DNA from: a virus
DNA length: 14,733 bases
Virus genome (UHGV): UHGV-1964037
Reading direction: 5' to 3' (one strand)
The notes under the pieces were generated by a model. It ran no database searches. It saw nothing but the letters and a program-made list of their open reading frames with translations, and was not told where the DNA came from. Within the stretch, counting starts at the first letter, position 1; every line of letters begins with the position of its first letter. Of this stretch, positions 7,441 to 14,335 are shown one piece after another. The translations under genes were made by a program, and so were the position numbers.

Positions 7441-7836
7441 TTACCGAGTTGCTAATTTGCAACTCGCTTTTTCGTACTTACTGATAGTGATCTCGACCTT
7501 CCCTTCCGGGATAACCGGTCCCCACTCCACCAGCATTCTTTTCACCTGGCTGTCGTCTTCCCACACACCCGCGTGGGTCAGGGCGTCAAACAGCGCCTTG
7601 TTATAGTTGTCCAGATCGCGGATCCGGTTATCCGGAGGAAACAACACGATCTCCACTGAAGCAGGTGCCGACGTTGGTTTCGGCAGACGACGTAACTGCT
7701 CAACTATTGCTGCACACGCCGCGCTCTGGAATTTTCGCCCCGCCGCGCTTATCAGGCTCTTACCAGCAAACGCCCCTTTATTGGGGTGTCGCCAGTACGT
7801 GTTCACGCTGGGCGGAAAAGGCAGTATTAGCTTCAT
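7441..7836 (-). CDS. rusA: Holliday-junction resolvase RusA
   Basis: 131-aa product MKLILPFPPSVNTYWRHPNKG...NRIRDLDNYNKALFDALTHAGVWEDDSQVKRMLVEW carries the RusA signature (PPS.N.YYR...D.DN..KA.FDALT...W.DD.QV). Starts 4 nt after the upstream gene stop. Confidence 0.8.
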   Translation of the reverse strand: MKLILPFPPSVNTYWRHPNKGAFAGKSLISAAGRKFQSAACAAIVEQLRRLPKPTSAPASVEIVLFPPDNRIRDLDNYNKALFDALTHAGVWEDDSQVKRMLVEWGPVIPEGKVEITISKYEKASCKLATR

Positions 7837-7840
7837 ACTT

Positions 7841-8158
7841 TCAGGCCCTCTCATGTAACCAGTGGGCTGCACGCAGCCTGGCGTTTGCCTCACCGGCAAG
7901 CAGGGCGCGGATAATCCCGACCGCCTCGCTGTCGTCGTCCTTCACCGCGGTATGAAGAGTGATACCCCGGGCCACGCCACGCTTTATCGTGATGACACCT
8001 TTTTTCTCCAGTGCGCGAAGATGCTCCACCGCTGCATTCACCGAACGGTATCCCAGCATGGTTGCCACCTCCTGATTGGTTGGCGGGAAGCCACGTTCTT
8101 TCTGATAAGAAATCAGCATATCCAGCACCTGCTGCTGGCATTGAGTTAATGTCGTCAT
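7841..8158 (-). CDS. LexA N-terminal DNA-binding-domain-like protein with no S24 peptidase domain
   Basis: 105-aa product. Residues 3-68 LTQCQQQVLDMLISYQKERGFPPTNQEVATMLGYRSVNAAVEHLRALEKKGVITIKRGVARGITL align closely with the E. coli LexA N-domain [65 protein letters not shown] (from memory). No Ala-Gly/Ser/Lys cleavage module. ATGA overlap with the upstream methyltransferase stop. Confidence 0.7.
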   Translation of the reverse strand: MTTLTQCQQQVLDMLISYQKERGFPPTNQEVATMLGYRSVNAAVEHLRALEKKGVITIKRGVARGITLHTAVKDDDSEAVGIIRALLAGEANARLRAAHWLHERA

Positions 8159-8808
8159 GCCGCCATCTCCCTGACCAGTTTTTCCGCCTGCTGGCGAACC
8201 TGCGCCAGAAATGCCTCACCACATGCCTCAAGTTCATCGCGCCCGATGTAGCTGATTGCCGCTCCCTTCCAGGTCTTGTCGAAAACAGCAATAGCACCAG
8301 CGAAGAAAGCACCTGTTGGCACCTGCTTTTCGTCTTTCGGGATAAACCAGGCTGGCAGTTCAAAACCAATACGCCCGCGAATAAAAGCAATATGATCTGC
8401 ATCTTCCGGCCACCACACTTCGCTGGTGGCCGCTTTGATCAGGAAAACATAGCGCCCGCCTTTATCACGCATGGCACTGGCATGCTTCATGATGTAACGC
8501 ATGCCGGTGATGTATTGTCCCTCATGCTGACTGGCGCGGCTGTACGGGGGATTACCAAAGGCAGCACCTTTAAGCTCCGCAAGACGTTCTGACCAGTCAT
8601 GTGCCAGCGCGTTGTCTTCCGCCGTGTAATACGCGGCACATTTGGCGTTATCACCGTCAGTAAACAGATCCAGAACAAACGGGCCAAACAGGGTGTTAAT
8701 TCCCCAGAAAATGTTGTCCGGCGTGCGCCACTGATCGCCCACTTCCTTCAGTTCATGGGCTGGTTTGTTCCGTAGTTCCACCAGCGCCTGGCAATATTTA
8801 TTACTCAT
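8155..8808 (-). CDS. phage Dam-type DNA N6-adenine methyltransferase
   Basis: 217-aa product with the catalytic NPPY motif (AAFGNPPYS) and a conserved N-terminal WRTPDNIF block typical of the phage Dam family. Start overlaps the upstream stop (TAATG). Confidence 0.7.
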   Translation of the reverse strand: MSNKYCQALVELRNKPAHELKEVGDQWRTPDNIFWGINTLFGPFVLDLFTDGDNAKCAAYYTAEDNALAHDWSERLAELKGAAFGNPPYSRASQHEGQYITGMRYIMKHASAMRDKGGRYVFLIKAATSEVWWPEDADHIAFIRGRIGFELPAWFIPKDEKQVPTGAFFAGAIAVFDKTWKGAAISYIGRDELEACGEAFLAQVRQQAEKLVREMAA

Positions 8809-9296
8809 TAAGCCCCCACGTAATTCCCTGACAGATACCACTCATCACCCGCTACAGCGCGCTTTCTGCTTTTCCGTAAGCACCGCTCACGACGCGCCAG
8901 AAAATTGTTTCGTTCTGGCTGGGAGTGGCTTTCACGGAATGCCGCCATCCACACGGTTGCAGCACGACGGTATAAGCCCCTGGACTCCAGTTCTTCCGCC
9001 TGGCGGGTCAGGCACAAAATCACCCGGGGATCGTTAGTGCCGACATAGAAATTGCGCACAGGTATGGTTTCAAGAACAGGTTGCAGTTTCTCCTCCTGCG
9101 ATATCTCAGCCTGGTGTGGGAAATGTCTGCGTGTTTTCCCTTCACAACAGTGAGCCACACGGCCACTCTGACGTAACTTGCTTGCTGACTGCAGAACGCA
9201 CTGTCGTGAGTAACCAGCAAAAGCATCCGCAATGTCACCTGAAGTACACCCCGGATGGGCTTCAATGAATTTCTGTACATCGTTCATCAGACTCAT
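8808..9296 (-). CDS. PerC-like putative transcriptional regulator, 162 aa, with an N-terminal extension
   Basis: C-terminal half AEELESRGLYRRAATVWMAAFRES...RRERCLRKSRK matches my recollection of the PerC/Pch motif (LE..GLWRRAA..W......R..CLRKSR). ATG at 9294-9296 with GGGGGTG RBS, 2 nt after the upstream stop. Confidence 0.45.
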   Translation of the reverse strand: MSLMNDVQKFIEAHPGCTSGDIADAFAGYSRQCVLQSASKLRQSGRVAHCCEGKTRRHFPHQAEISQEEKLQPVLETIPVRNFYVGTNDPRVILCLTRQAEELESRGLYRRAATVWMAAFRESHSQPERNNFLARRERCLRKSRKRAVAGDEWYLSGNYVGA

Positions 9297-9298
9297 GA

Positions 9299-10282
9299 TC
9301 ACCCCCTGAATCCTGTCGGGATCTGGCTGTAGTCCACGTTGTCGTAACTGGCTTTGAAGTACGGGTCCTCGCGTCTGGCTGCAGATACCGCAGGAACTTC
9401 CCAGGATTCTTCGAAATGACGATCCGGACCAAAGAACGTCGACGCCTGCTTCACGAACTGGGTACAGGTATTTCCAGAGACACGCACCCAGGCGGCATAG
9501 CGTTTCACACCGTCGAGCATGGTTTCAGGTGTCACACCTTCCCTGATTCGGGCTTTCCAGGCTTTAAAAGCGGCGGATTTTGAATTACCACCAGCACGTT
9601 TGGGATATTCCTGCCAGGCCTGTTCAAATTCCGGTGAATATTCCTGTCGGGCAGAACGCGCTGGTGCAGACGCGTCAGCGGATGCGCCAATAGTGTTTTT
9701 AGTCTCCGTTGTAATCTCTGTAGTAATCTCTGTATTTGTATCAACATTCGGCGTATCCCCTGTTCCGTTACGACGTCGGGGGGTGTTCCGTTTTAACGTA
9801 ATAGCTGTATCGCTGATTGCATTATTGCTGTTACTTTCTGGCGAAACAGAAGAAGGTGTGGTGATGGCCGCAATTGCCTGTGGGTTGATCCCGACAAACA
9901 AAATATTGCTACATTTCACCCCATCGAGCATTTCCACCGTGCGTAAATCCAGAGTAATAAACCCGGCATCACGGAGACGCTTCAGCGCATCTGCGGTTTC
10001 CCTTTTCCCGAAACCAAACTGCTCAGCAAACGCCTGGTAGCTTCTTTGCAGTTTGTCGCCCTGAAAACGCTTGCGATATCCCAGCAACGCTCCGGTGTGC
10101 TCATCCCTGACCTCTGTCGGGCGGTACCAGTAAACGATCTCTGAAAGCAGAGCGATAGCCGTCGCATCCGGACGCCCACTGGGTAGTCGAATATATTTCC
10201 ACCAGGTCGCAGGTGTAACATTGCCGGAAATATTAATTTGACCAATAGCCATAACTTCCGGTGTGGGGGCGTAACGGCTCAT
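9299..10282 (-). CDS. putative replication initiation protein (lambda O-like role) with an internal low-complexity linker
   Basis: 327-aa product. N-terminal helical domain (LSEIVYWYRP...LKRLRDAGFITLD), Thr/Ser/Asn-rich linker containing TEITTEITTE, C-terminal domain (EFEQAWQEYPKR...AFKAWKARIREGVTP...). It sits where O sits in lambdoid early operons. The coding sequence contains direct repeats like the O-embedded lambda ori. Family assignment is tentative. Confidence 0.5.
   Translation of the reverse strand: MSRYAPTPEVMAIGQINISGNVTPATWWKYIRLPSGRPDATAIALLSEIVYWYRPTEVRDEHTGALLGYRKRFQGDKLQRSYQAFAEQFGFGKRETADALKRLRDAGFITLDLRTVEMLDGVKCSNILFVGINPQAIAAITTPSSVSPESNSNNAISDTAITLKRNTPRRRNGTGDTPNVDTNTEITTEITTETKNTIGASADASAPARSARQEYSPEFEQAWQEYPKRAGGNSKSAAFKAWKARIREGVTPETMLDGVKRYAAWVRVSGNTCTQFVKQASTFFGPDRHFEESWEVPAVSAARREDPYFKASYDNVDYSQIPTGFRG
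9711..9734. repeat. perfect 12-bp tandem duplication GTAATCTCTGTA x2 inside the O-like gene, with flanking 9-bp direct repeats TGTTCCGTT (9761-9769 and 9784-9792)
   Basis: Read directly from the sequence. The repeats lie in the linker-encoding part of the gene and are followed by an AT-rich stretch (9793-9840). Confidence 0.85.
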
Positions 10283-10578
10283 ACAACCTCCTTCCGCGGC
10301 ATGAGAATTGTGTAGCCACGCGCAGGTTGTAGTCTGGCTTTTGCATCAATAGTAAGCGTTGCAATTTTTCGGATATGAAGATAACCAGCTCTTTCCAGTG
10401 CCAGGGTTTCCCTGAATATCGCTTGCTTAGAACAACAGCAGAAATCAGCAAGCACCTGATGATCAATAACTCTCTCGCCTTCACCGTCTGAAGAACCCGA
10501 CATCAAAACACGCAACATAATCAGGCGCTGAATCGGGTTATCGAAAGCACATCCGCACACAAACTGAAAACAGTTCAC
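10279..10578 (-). CDS. hypothetical protein, 99 aa, possible HTH
   Basis: ORF with GTG start overlapping the upstream stop (GTGA) and ATGA overlap with the O-like start. Segment VIDHQVLADFCCCSKQAIFRETLALERAGYLHIRK looks like a helix-turn-helix. Confidence 0.4.
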   Translation of the reverse strand: MNCFQFVCGCAFDNPIQRLIMLRVLMSGSSDGEGERVIDHQVLADFCCCSKQAIFRETLALERAGYLHIRKIATLTIDAKARLQPARGYTILMPRKEVV

Positions 10579-10799
10579 GCCACACCTCCCAGACGCTTAA
10601 ACATTTTTCCGGAGCAAAAGGCTATAAGCGGCATACTGACGCGGTAATTACGGCCCAGCGGTTCACAAATCACCTTCTGACATTCACGGTCAACCAGGCT
10701 AACACGTAGAACATGCCCTGCAGGCGTGGTGTACCACTGACCCGGACGAGGACAACGGAAAGTATGATTGGTAAACCGTTTGAAAATATTCCGGATCAT
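10575..10799 (-). CDS. hypothetical Cys-containing small protein, 74 aa
   Basis: ATG overlaps the Rha-domain gene stop (ATGA). Product MIRNIFKRFTNHTFRCPRPGQWYTTPAGHVLRVSLVDRECQKVICEPLGRNYRVSMPLIAFCSGKMFKRLGGVA has 4 Cys (possible metal-binding). Confidence 0.4.
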   Translation of the reverse strand: MIRNIFKRFTNHTFRCPRPGQWYTTPAGHVLRVSLVDRECQKVICEPLGRNYRVSMPLIAFCSGKMFKRLGGVA

Positions 10800-11944
10800 T
10801 TGCGCCCCCTTACCTCTGAAGGGTTCAGCGACAAATTTATGAGACTGGCCAGTAGCGCCGCGTCGTTGATGCGGTCATACAGACTTACAGCCAGCGGGGA
10901 TTCGGCTTTTGCCAACATGGGATAAAGCTGCTGCAGCCAGACCTTGTGGATTACCGACAGGTGGGAGTAAAGCACGCTGGCGTTATCTGCGGCATCGCTC
11001 AGCGTGGATGGCTTTGAAAGCAGTTTTTCCATCTGGTTAAAGGCATTGATGTATGCCTCTTTGAACTGGGCAGCACGTTTACCCGTGAAACCCATAGCAA
11101 GAAACGCAAAGCCGTCGCGGGTTATTTGATAGCAAGGTAGTTTGCGGCCTGTGCAATCGGTGTAATCACTCACCGAAAAATTGCGGGCAGTGAATGATGC
11201 GGAACATTCAAGCGTGCGGATCTTTTTCAGTACATCGTCATGACGTTTGGAGAAGAAGTTGGCAACAGCCAGGGATGAAGTAACAGCCTGACCATCAACG
11301 ATGGCAATTTCAGGTTGAGTGAGGGTTGGGATCGTAGCCATGATGGCAGCCTCCGTATGCAATGGATAACTTCCACCACCGGAAACGCCAATTTCGCTGG
11401 TGGTGAACTGAGCAGGGTTGGCGTAACCGGCGCATACGGAAACCGGCGCACCTTTCGGTGCCCCCACCCAGCCCACCATAATTTGGGTATAGCTGAGTTG
11501 TAGCAACAAAAAAGACGCTAACGCGCCAATTGTCGCCGTATGCAATTCCAGGACGCCAATCCCGACACCCGCTTTATAAGGTGCCTGAACAGTGTAACGT
11601 CCCGGAATGGCAGAATCAATGTGCTGGTGGTCCTTCACACTCAACAAAATCACGCCTGAATTTCCACAAAGGACTAAAGCACTCATGCTGGTAGTCTTTG
11701 CGAAGATAGATAACGCGCTGTGTTTCTGGCTCCCAACGAATAACATGAACATAAAGTCCTCTTCCGTCACGAAACCAGCGGTTAAGTTCCTGCACAACTC
11801 GCCCCCCACAGTCAGGTAAAGTTCTCTGTGGTTACTTACAGCCAGGTGATTTGGTAATCTGCATTCATGCCGTAACAACAGGTGTTCAGCGACGCTGACC
11901 ACCAGCTGTTGCGACAAACGGTTATTTGCCGTTAAACTATTCAT
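10796..11944 (-). CDS. Rha-domain phage regulatory protein with about 200-aa in-frame N-terminal extension of unknown function
   Basis: C-terminal 181 aa (from ATG 11339-11341, preceded by GGAGG) MATIPTLTQPEIAIVDGQAVTSSLAVANFFSKRHDDVLKKIRTLE...ITRDGFAFLAMGFTGKRAAQFKEAYINAFNQME is a clear Rha (Phage_pRha) domain. The frame stays open for a further 201 codons upstream to an ATG at 11942-11944 that overlaps the CII-like stop (ATGA). A 600-nt open frame by chance is unlikely, so the long form is annotated; the true start is uncertain. Confidence 0.5.
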   Translation of the reverse strand: MNSLTANNRLSQQLVVSVAEHLLLRHECRLPNHLAVSNHRELYLTVGGELCRNLTAGFVTEEDFMFMLFVGSQKHSALSIFAKTTSMSALVLCGNSGVILLSVKDHQHIDSAIPGRYTVQAPYKAGVGIGVLELHTATIGALASFLLLQLSYTQIMVGWVGAPKGAPVSVCAGYANPAQFTTSEIGVSGGGSYPLHTEAAIMATIPTLTQPEIAIVDGQAVTSSLAVANFFSKRHDDVLKKIRTLECSASFTARNFSVSDYTDCTGRKLPCYQITRDGFAFLAMGFTGKRAAQFKEAYINAFNQMEKLLSKPSTLSDAADNASVLYSHLSVIHKVWLQQLYPMLAKAESPLAVSLYDRINDAALLASLINLSLNPSEVRGRK

Positions 11945-12555
11945 GCGTTAGTTTCTCCACAACCAGAAGCAATCGACGCCACGACGCCCGGAGCTGCACA
12001 CTCGCGGGCGTTACTATTTTCTGGAGCGCAGAAGATTTTGTAGACCAGTGCTGCATGCTCCTGGAGCTTCGAAATTGAGAGGTACAGCTCGTCGTTAATT
12101 GCTGTCTTCTCATGCGGTTCCACTACACCGTCTTCGATTGCTGAACGAATCTGTCTGGAATAACTGCCGATCTGTTCAATGACTTCCAGCAGACGCTGGT
12201 TAATATCGGCGTTGTCCACATCCTCGACGTCAGGAAGAGACACAAAGACGCCATTTGCAGACTGCGCCACAGCGTCAGCAATGAAGTGAGTTCCACCAGC
12301 ACGTTGCAAAATCATTGCCCATCCCAGCGGGAAAATCTGATCGCCATCGGCACGAAGGCGGTTAAATAATGCGTTTTCTGTTACATCCAGCCAGTCAGCT
12401 GCTTCAGCGTAACCACCCGGCAACGCTGCGATAGTTTTTCTGACAGCTTTCACGTACCACTCAGGCTGTTTTTCTACTTTCCAGTGATGCTTACCCACGG
12501 TTAGCCTCATCGTTCTGTGGTTTCTGTTAATCGATTTATCCATTAGATTTTTCAT
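11941..12555 (-). CDS. CII-like early regulatory protein (position-based; possibly phage CP76-type CII family)
   Basis: ORF immediately downstream of cro, about 204 aa from ATG 12553-12555 (alternative ATG 12541-12543). Product ...WKVEKQPEWYVKAVRKTIAALPGGYAEAADWLDVTENALFNRLRADG... Function is inferred mainly from gene order. Confidence 0.35.
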   Translation of the reverse strand: MKNLMDKSINRNHRTMRLTVGKHHWKVEKQPEWYVKAVRKTIAALPGGYAEAADWLDVTENALFNRLRADGDQIFPLGWAMILQRAGGTHFIADAVAQSANGVFVSLPDVEDVDNADINQRLLEVIEQIGSYSRQIRSAIEDGVVEPHEKTAINDELYLSISKLQEHAALVYKIFCAPENSNARECAAPGVVASIASGCGETNA

Positions 12556-12736
12556 AAAGCTCAGGTTTAAATGGCAACCGTCCGCAAGTTCTATATGCAG
12601 CTTCTGCTGCACGTCCTTTTGGAATTAACTGGCCCGGACGGTTTCGCCACTGATAAACGGCTTCAGTTGTTATGCCGAAAAAAGCAGCAACTTTCTCAAT
12701 ACTGCCGAAGTAGCTTTCGATATCGTCAGTTGTCAT
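12536..12736 (-). CDS. cro: Cro-like HTH repressor
   Basis: 66-aa product MTTDDIESYFGSIEKVAAFFGITTEAVYQWRNRPGQLIPKGRAAEAAYRTCGRLPFKPELYEKSNG with the Cro/YdaS-type HTH signature (FFGIT..AVYQW....IP). GGAGGG RBS. Divergent from the repressor gene. Confidence 0.7.
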   Translation of the reverse strand: MTTDDIESYFGSIEKVAAFFGITTEAVYQWRNRPGQLIPKGRAAEAAYRTCGRLPFKPELYEKSNG

Positions 12737-12833
12737 ACGCCCTCCAAACTAAGTTTTATTAGATGCTAATTACAAATCTATCTTTGGTCAATAAAAACTA
12801 AGATTACTTAGCAATTCAAGAAATGGTGCTCCT
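12737..12833. promoter_or_regulatory. divergent cI/cro control region with two 14-bp operator-like palindromes and a candidate PR promoter
   Basis: CTAAGTTTTATTAG at 12749-12762 and CTAAGATTACTTAG at 12798-12811 (inverted CTAAG/CTTAG half-sites). Minus-strand promoter candidate TTGACC (12786-12791), 17 nt, TAGCAT (12763-12768) directed into cro. Confidence 0.55.
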
Positions 12834-13460
12834 ATGGAAACGGTTGGTCAGCGTATAAAAGCTCTGAGAAGAGTTACCGGAACGTCCCAGAAAGAATTGG
12901 GTAAATTTTGTGGAGTAAGCGACGTTGCTGTGGGGTACTGGGAGAAAGACATCAATACCCCTGGTGGGGAGGCACTTTCGAAATTAGCGAAGTTCTTCAA
13001 TACGTCAATAGATTACATTCTTTATGGTGCTGAGTTTGAAGGCAAACTCGTCACAAACATGCGCAGAGTTCCTGTAATATCGTGGGTTCAGGCTGGGCAG
13101 TTTACTGAGTGCAGGGCAGCAGAAGTGTTTAGTGAAGTGGACAAGTGGGTAGATACATCATTAAAGATTGGTGATAACTCATTTGCATTAGAGGTTAAAG
13201 GTGACTCCATGACTAACCCTAATGGCCTCCCAACAATACCAGAAGGCGCAACAGTGATTGTAGATCCAGATGCAGAACCTCGTCATGGAAAAATAGTCAT
13301 CGCTCGACTTGATGGAACAAACGAAGCTACAGTAAAAAAATTAGTCATCGATGGCCCTCAAAAGTTTTTAGTGCCATTAAATCCTCGGTATCCCAACATC
13401 CCTATCAATGGTAATTGCCTTATCATTGGTGTAGTCAAAGGAGTTCAATACGAACTCTAA
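12834..13460 (+). CDS. cI: CI-type prophage repressor (N-terminal HTH plus C-terminal S24 LexA-like autopeptidase domain)
   Basis: 208-aa product. N-terminal HTH (QKELGKFCGVSDVAVGYWEKDINTP), Ala-Gly cleavage site (WVQAGQF), catalytic Ser in GDSM and a Lys-Lys pair (TVKKLV), as in lambda CI/LexA. Confidence 0.85.
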   Translation: METVGQRIKALRRVTGTSQKELGKFCGVSDVAVGYWEKDINTPGGEALSKLAKFFNTSIDYILYGAEFEGKLVTNMRRVPVISWVQAGQFTECRAAEVFSEVDKWVDTSLKIGDNSFALEVKGDSMTNPNGLPTIPEGATVIVDPDAEPRHGKIVIARLDGTNEATVKKLVIDGPQKFLVPLNPRYPNIPINGNCLIIGVVKGVQYEL

Positions 13461-13514
13461 GACCTCTCTTCTCTAACTAAGGCACCGAACTAAGAAAAGT
13501 TTGGTGTTTTCTCT

Positions 13515-13543
13515 TGCCATAATAACTAAGTTAAGTTAGATTT
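13515..13543 (+). promoter_or_regulatory. candidate PL-like promoter overlapping a third operator-like site
   Basis: TTGCCA (13515-13520), 17 nt, TAGATT (13538-13543). The spacer and -10 overlap CTAAGTTAAGTTAG (13526-13539), which matches the OR palindrome CTAAGTTTTATTAG at 11 of 14 positions. Confidence 0.4.
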
Positions 13544-13650
13544 TATATCAAAGATAACGAACAGGCAGGACGCCCACGAAGTAGCCGCCTGGGGCATATA
13601 AAGTCTAGGGTGATTCGTTAGCAACAAAAAAGCGCCCTACAGGACGCTTA

Positions 13651-13662
13651 GCTCTTTAACAA
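13651..13662 (+). promoter_or_regulatory. boxA-like element GCTCTTTAACAA in the leader upstream of the 68-aa ORF
   Basis: Matches the E. coli rrn boxA core (GCTCTTTAACAA, from memory). Preceded by a small hairpin AAGCG..CGCTT (13630-13650) and followed by CAAGT..ACTTG (13677-13694). Confidence 0.4.
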
Positions 13663-13707
13663 TCTGGTCCCCATCAACAAGTAACTGATAACTTGAGGAG
13701 GTGTGAA

Positions 13708-13914
13708 ATGCACAAAACAGAACCCAAAATCGTCGCGCCCGGATACACAAATGAGGAAATTTACGAGTGGATGGCAAAGAAGCTGGCAGCTATAAACCAG
13801 CTTCGTGAAGTGCTGTCTTATCGACAGGAAACAATAGACTCCTTAAAAAAACTGGATCAGGAAATCACGGTTTTATCACAGGATGTTACTTTAGATATTG
13901 TGCAGACAAATTAG
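13708..13914 (+). CDS. hypothetical small protein, 68 aa, predicted helical/coiled-coil
   Basis: ATG at 13708 with strong GAGGAGG RBS 6 nt upstream. Product MHKTEPKIVAPGYTNEEIYEWMAKKLAAINQLREVLSYRQETIDSLKKLDQEITVLSQDVTLDIVQTN. No arginine-rich motif, so not an obvious N homolog. Confidence 0.55.
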   Translation: MHKTEPKIVAPGYTNEEIYEWMAKKLAAINQLREVLSYRQETIDSLKKLDQEITVLSQDVTLDIVQTN

Positions 13915-14320
13915 GATCCCATTCATTTTCGTCAAAATCATCAAAGTGATGAATTTGTGATCTCCAGTCTCGATAATCTAAAAATTTCTGGGCGGTTACG
14001 CTTATTTTATCAAGTGTGAGTTCATCCTGAATTGAAAGAAGAAGTTCATCAAATTTCATCTCATTAATCTGTTTTGGCATCCAGTGATGCTTCATCAGAA
14101 TAAGGTGAACCAGAGCCTTTTTCCCATTCAACTGATTATAGGGAGTGCCGAATTTCTTCCGGTGCTCATGTAAGACAAGGTCCAGAAGAGTAAGTAATGT
14201 TGCCCTTGATTCCACTTTGCTTATTTCGACTGATGACACTACCCCACTGATTTCAATGCCCCGATACTTTCCAACATTTTCACAGTGGGATTTGTACAGC
14301 GTGTAGATATTACCGGACAT
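13886..14320 (-). CDS. hypothetical protein, 144 aa, in AT-rich moron-like DNA next to cI
   Basis: ATG at 14318-14320 with AAGGAAAAG upstream. Product MSGNIYTLYKSHCENVGKYRGIEISGVVSSVEISKV...KFLDYRDWRSQIHHFDDFDENEWDPNLSAQYLK. Region looks about 40% GC against about 52% around it (by-eye estimate). The 3' end overlaps the convergent 68-aa ORF by 29 bp. Confidence 0.55.
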   Translation of the reverse strand: MSGNIYTLYKSHCENVGKYRGIEISGVVSSVEISKVESRATLLTLLDLVLHEHRKKFGTPYNQLNGKKALVHLILMKHHWMPKQINEMKFDELLLSIQDELTLDKISVTAQKFLDYRDWRSQIHHFDDFDENEWDPNLSAQYLK

Positions 14321-14335
14321 TTCTTTTCCTTTTGC

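Noticed and set aside
7862-8592. Plus-strand ORFs 7862-8149 and 8011-8592 and minus-strand ORF 7890-8402
   Set aside because: They overlap the LexA-like and methyltransferase genes in other frames or on the opposite strand. Those two genes have clear family motifs; the alternatives do not.
9519-10040. Plus-strand 173-aa ORF antisense to the O-like gene
   Set aside because: It is the antisense of the repeat-containing linker region. Its repetitive VVISV sequence simply mirrors the tandem DNA repeat.
13708-13914. The 68-aa ORF downstream of the boxA-like site as an N-type antiterminator
   Set aside because: It has no arginine-rich RNA-binding motif near its N-terminus and is shorter than known N proteins. 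Kept as hypothetical.
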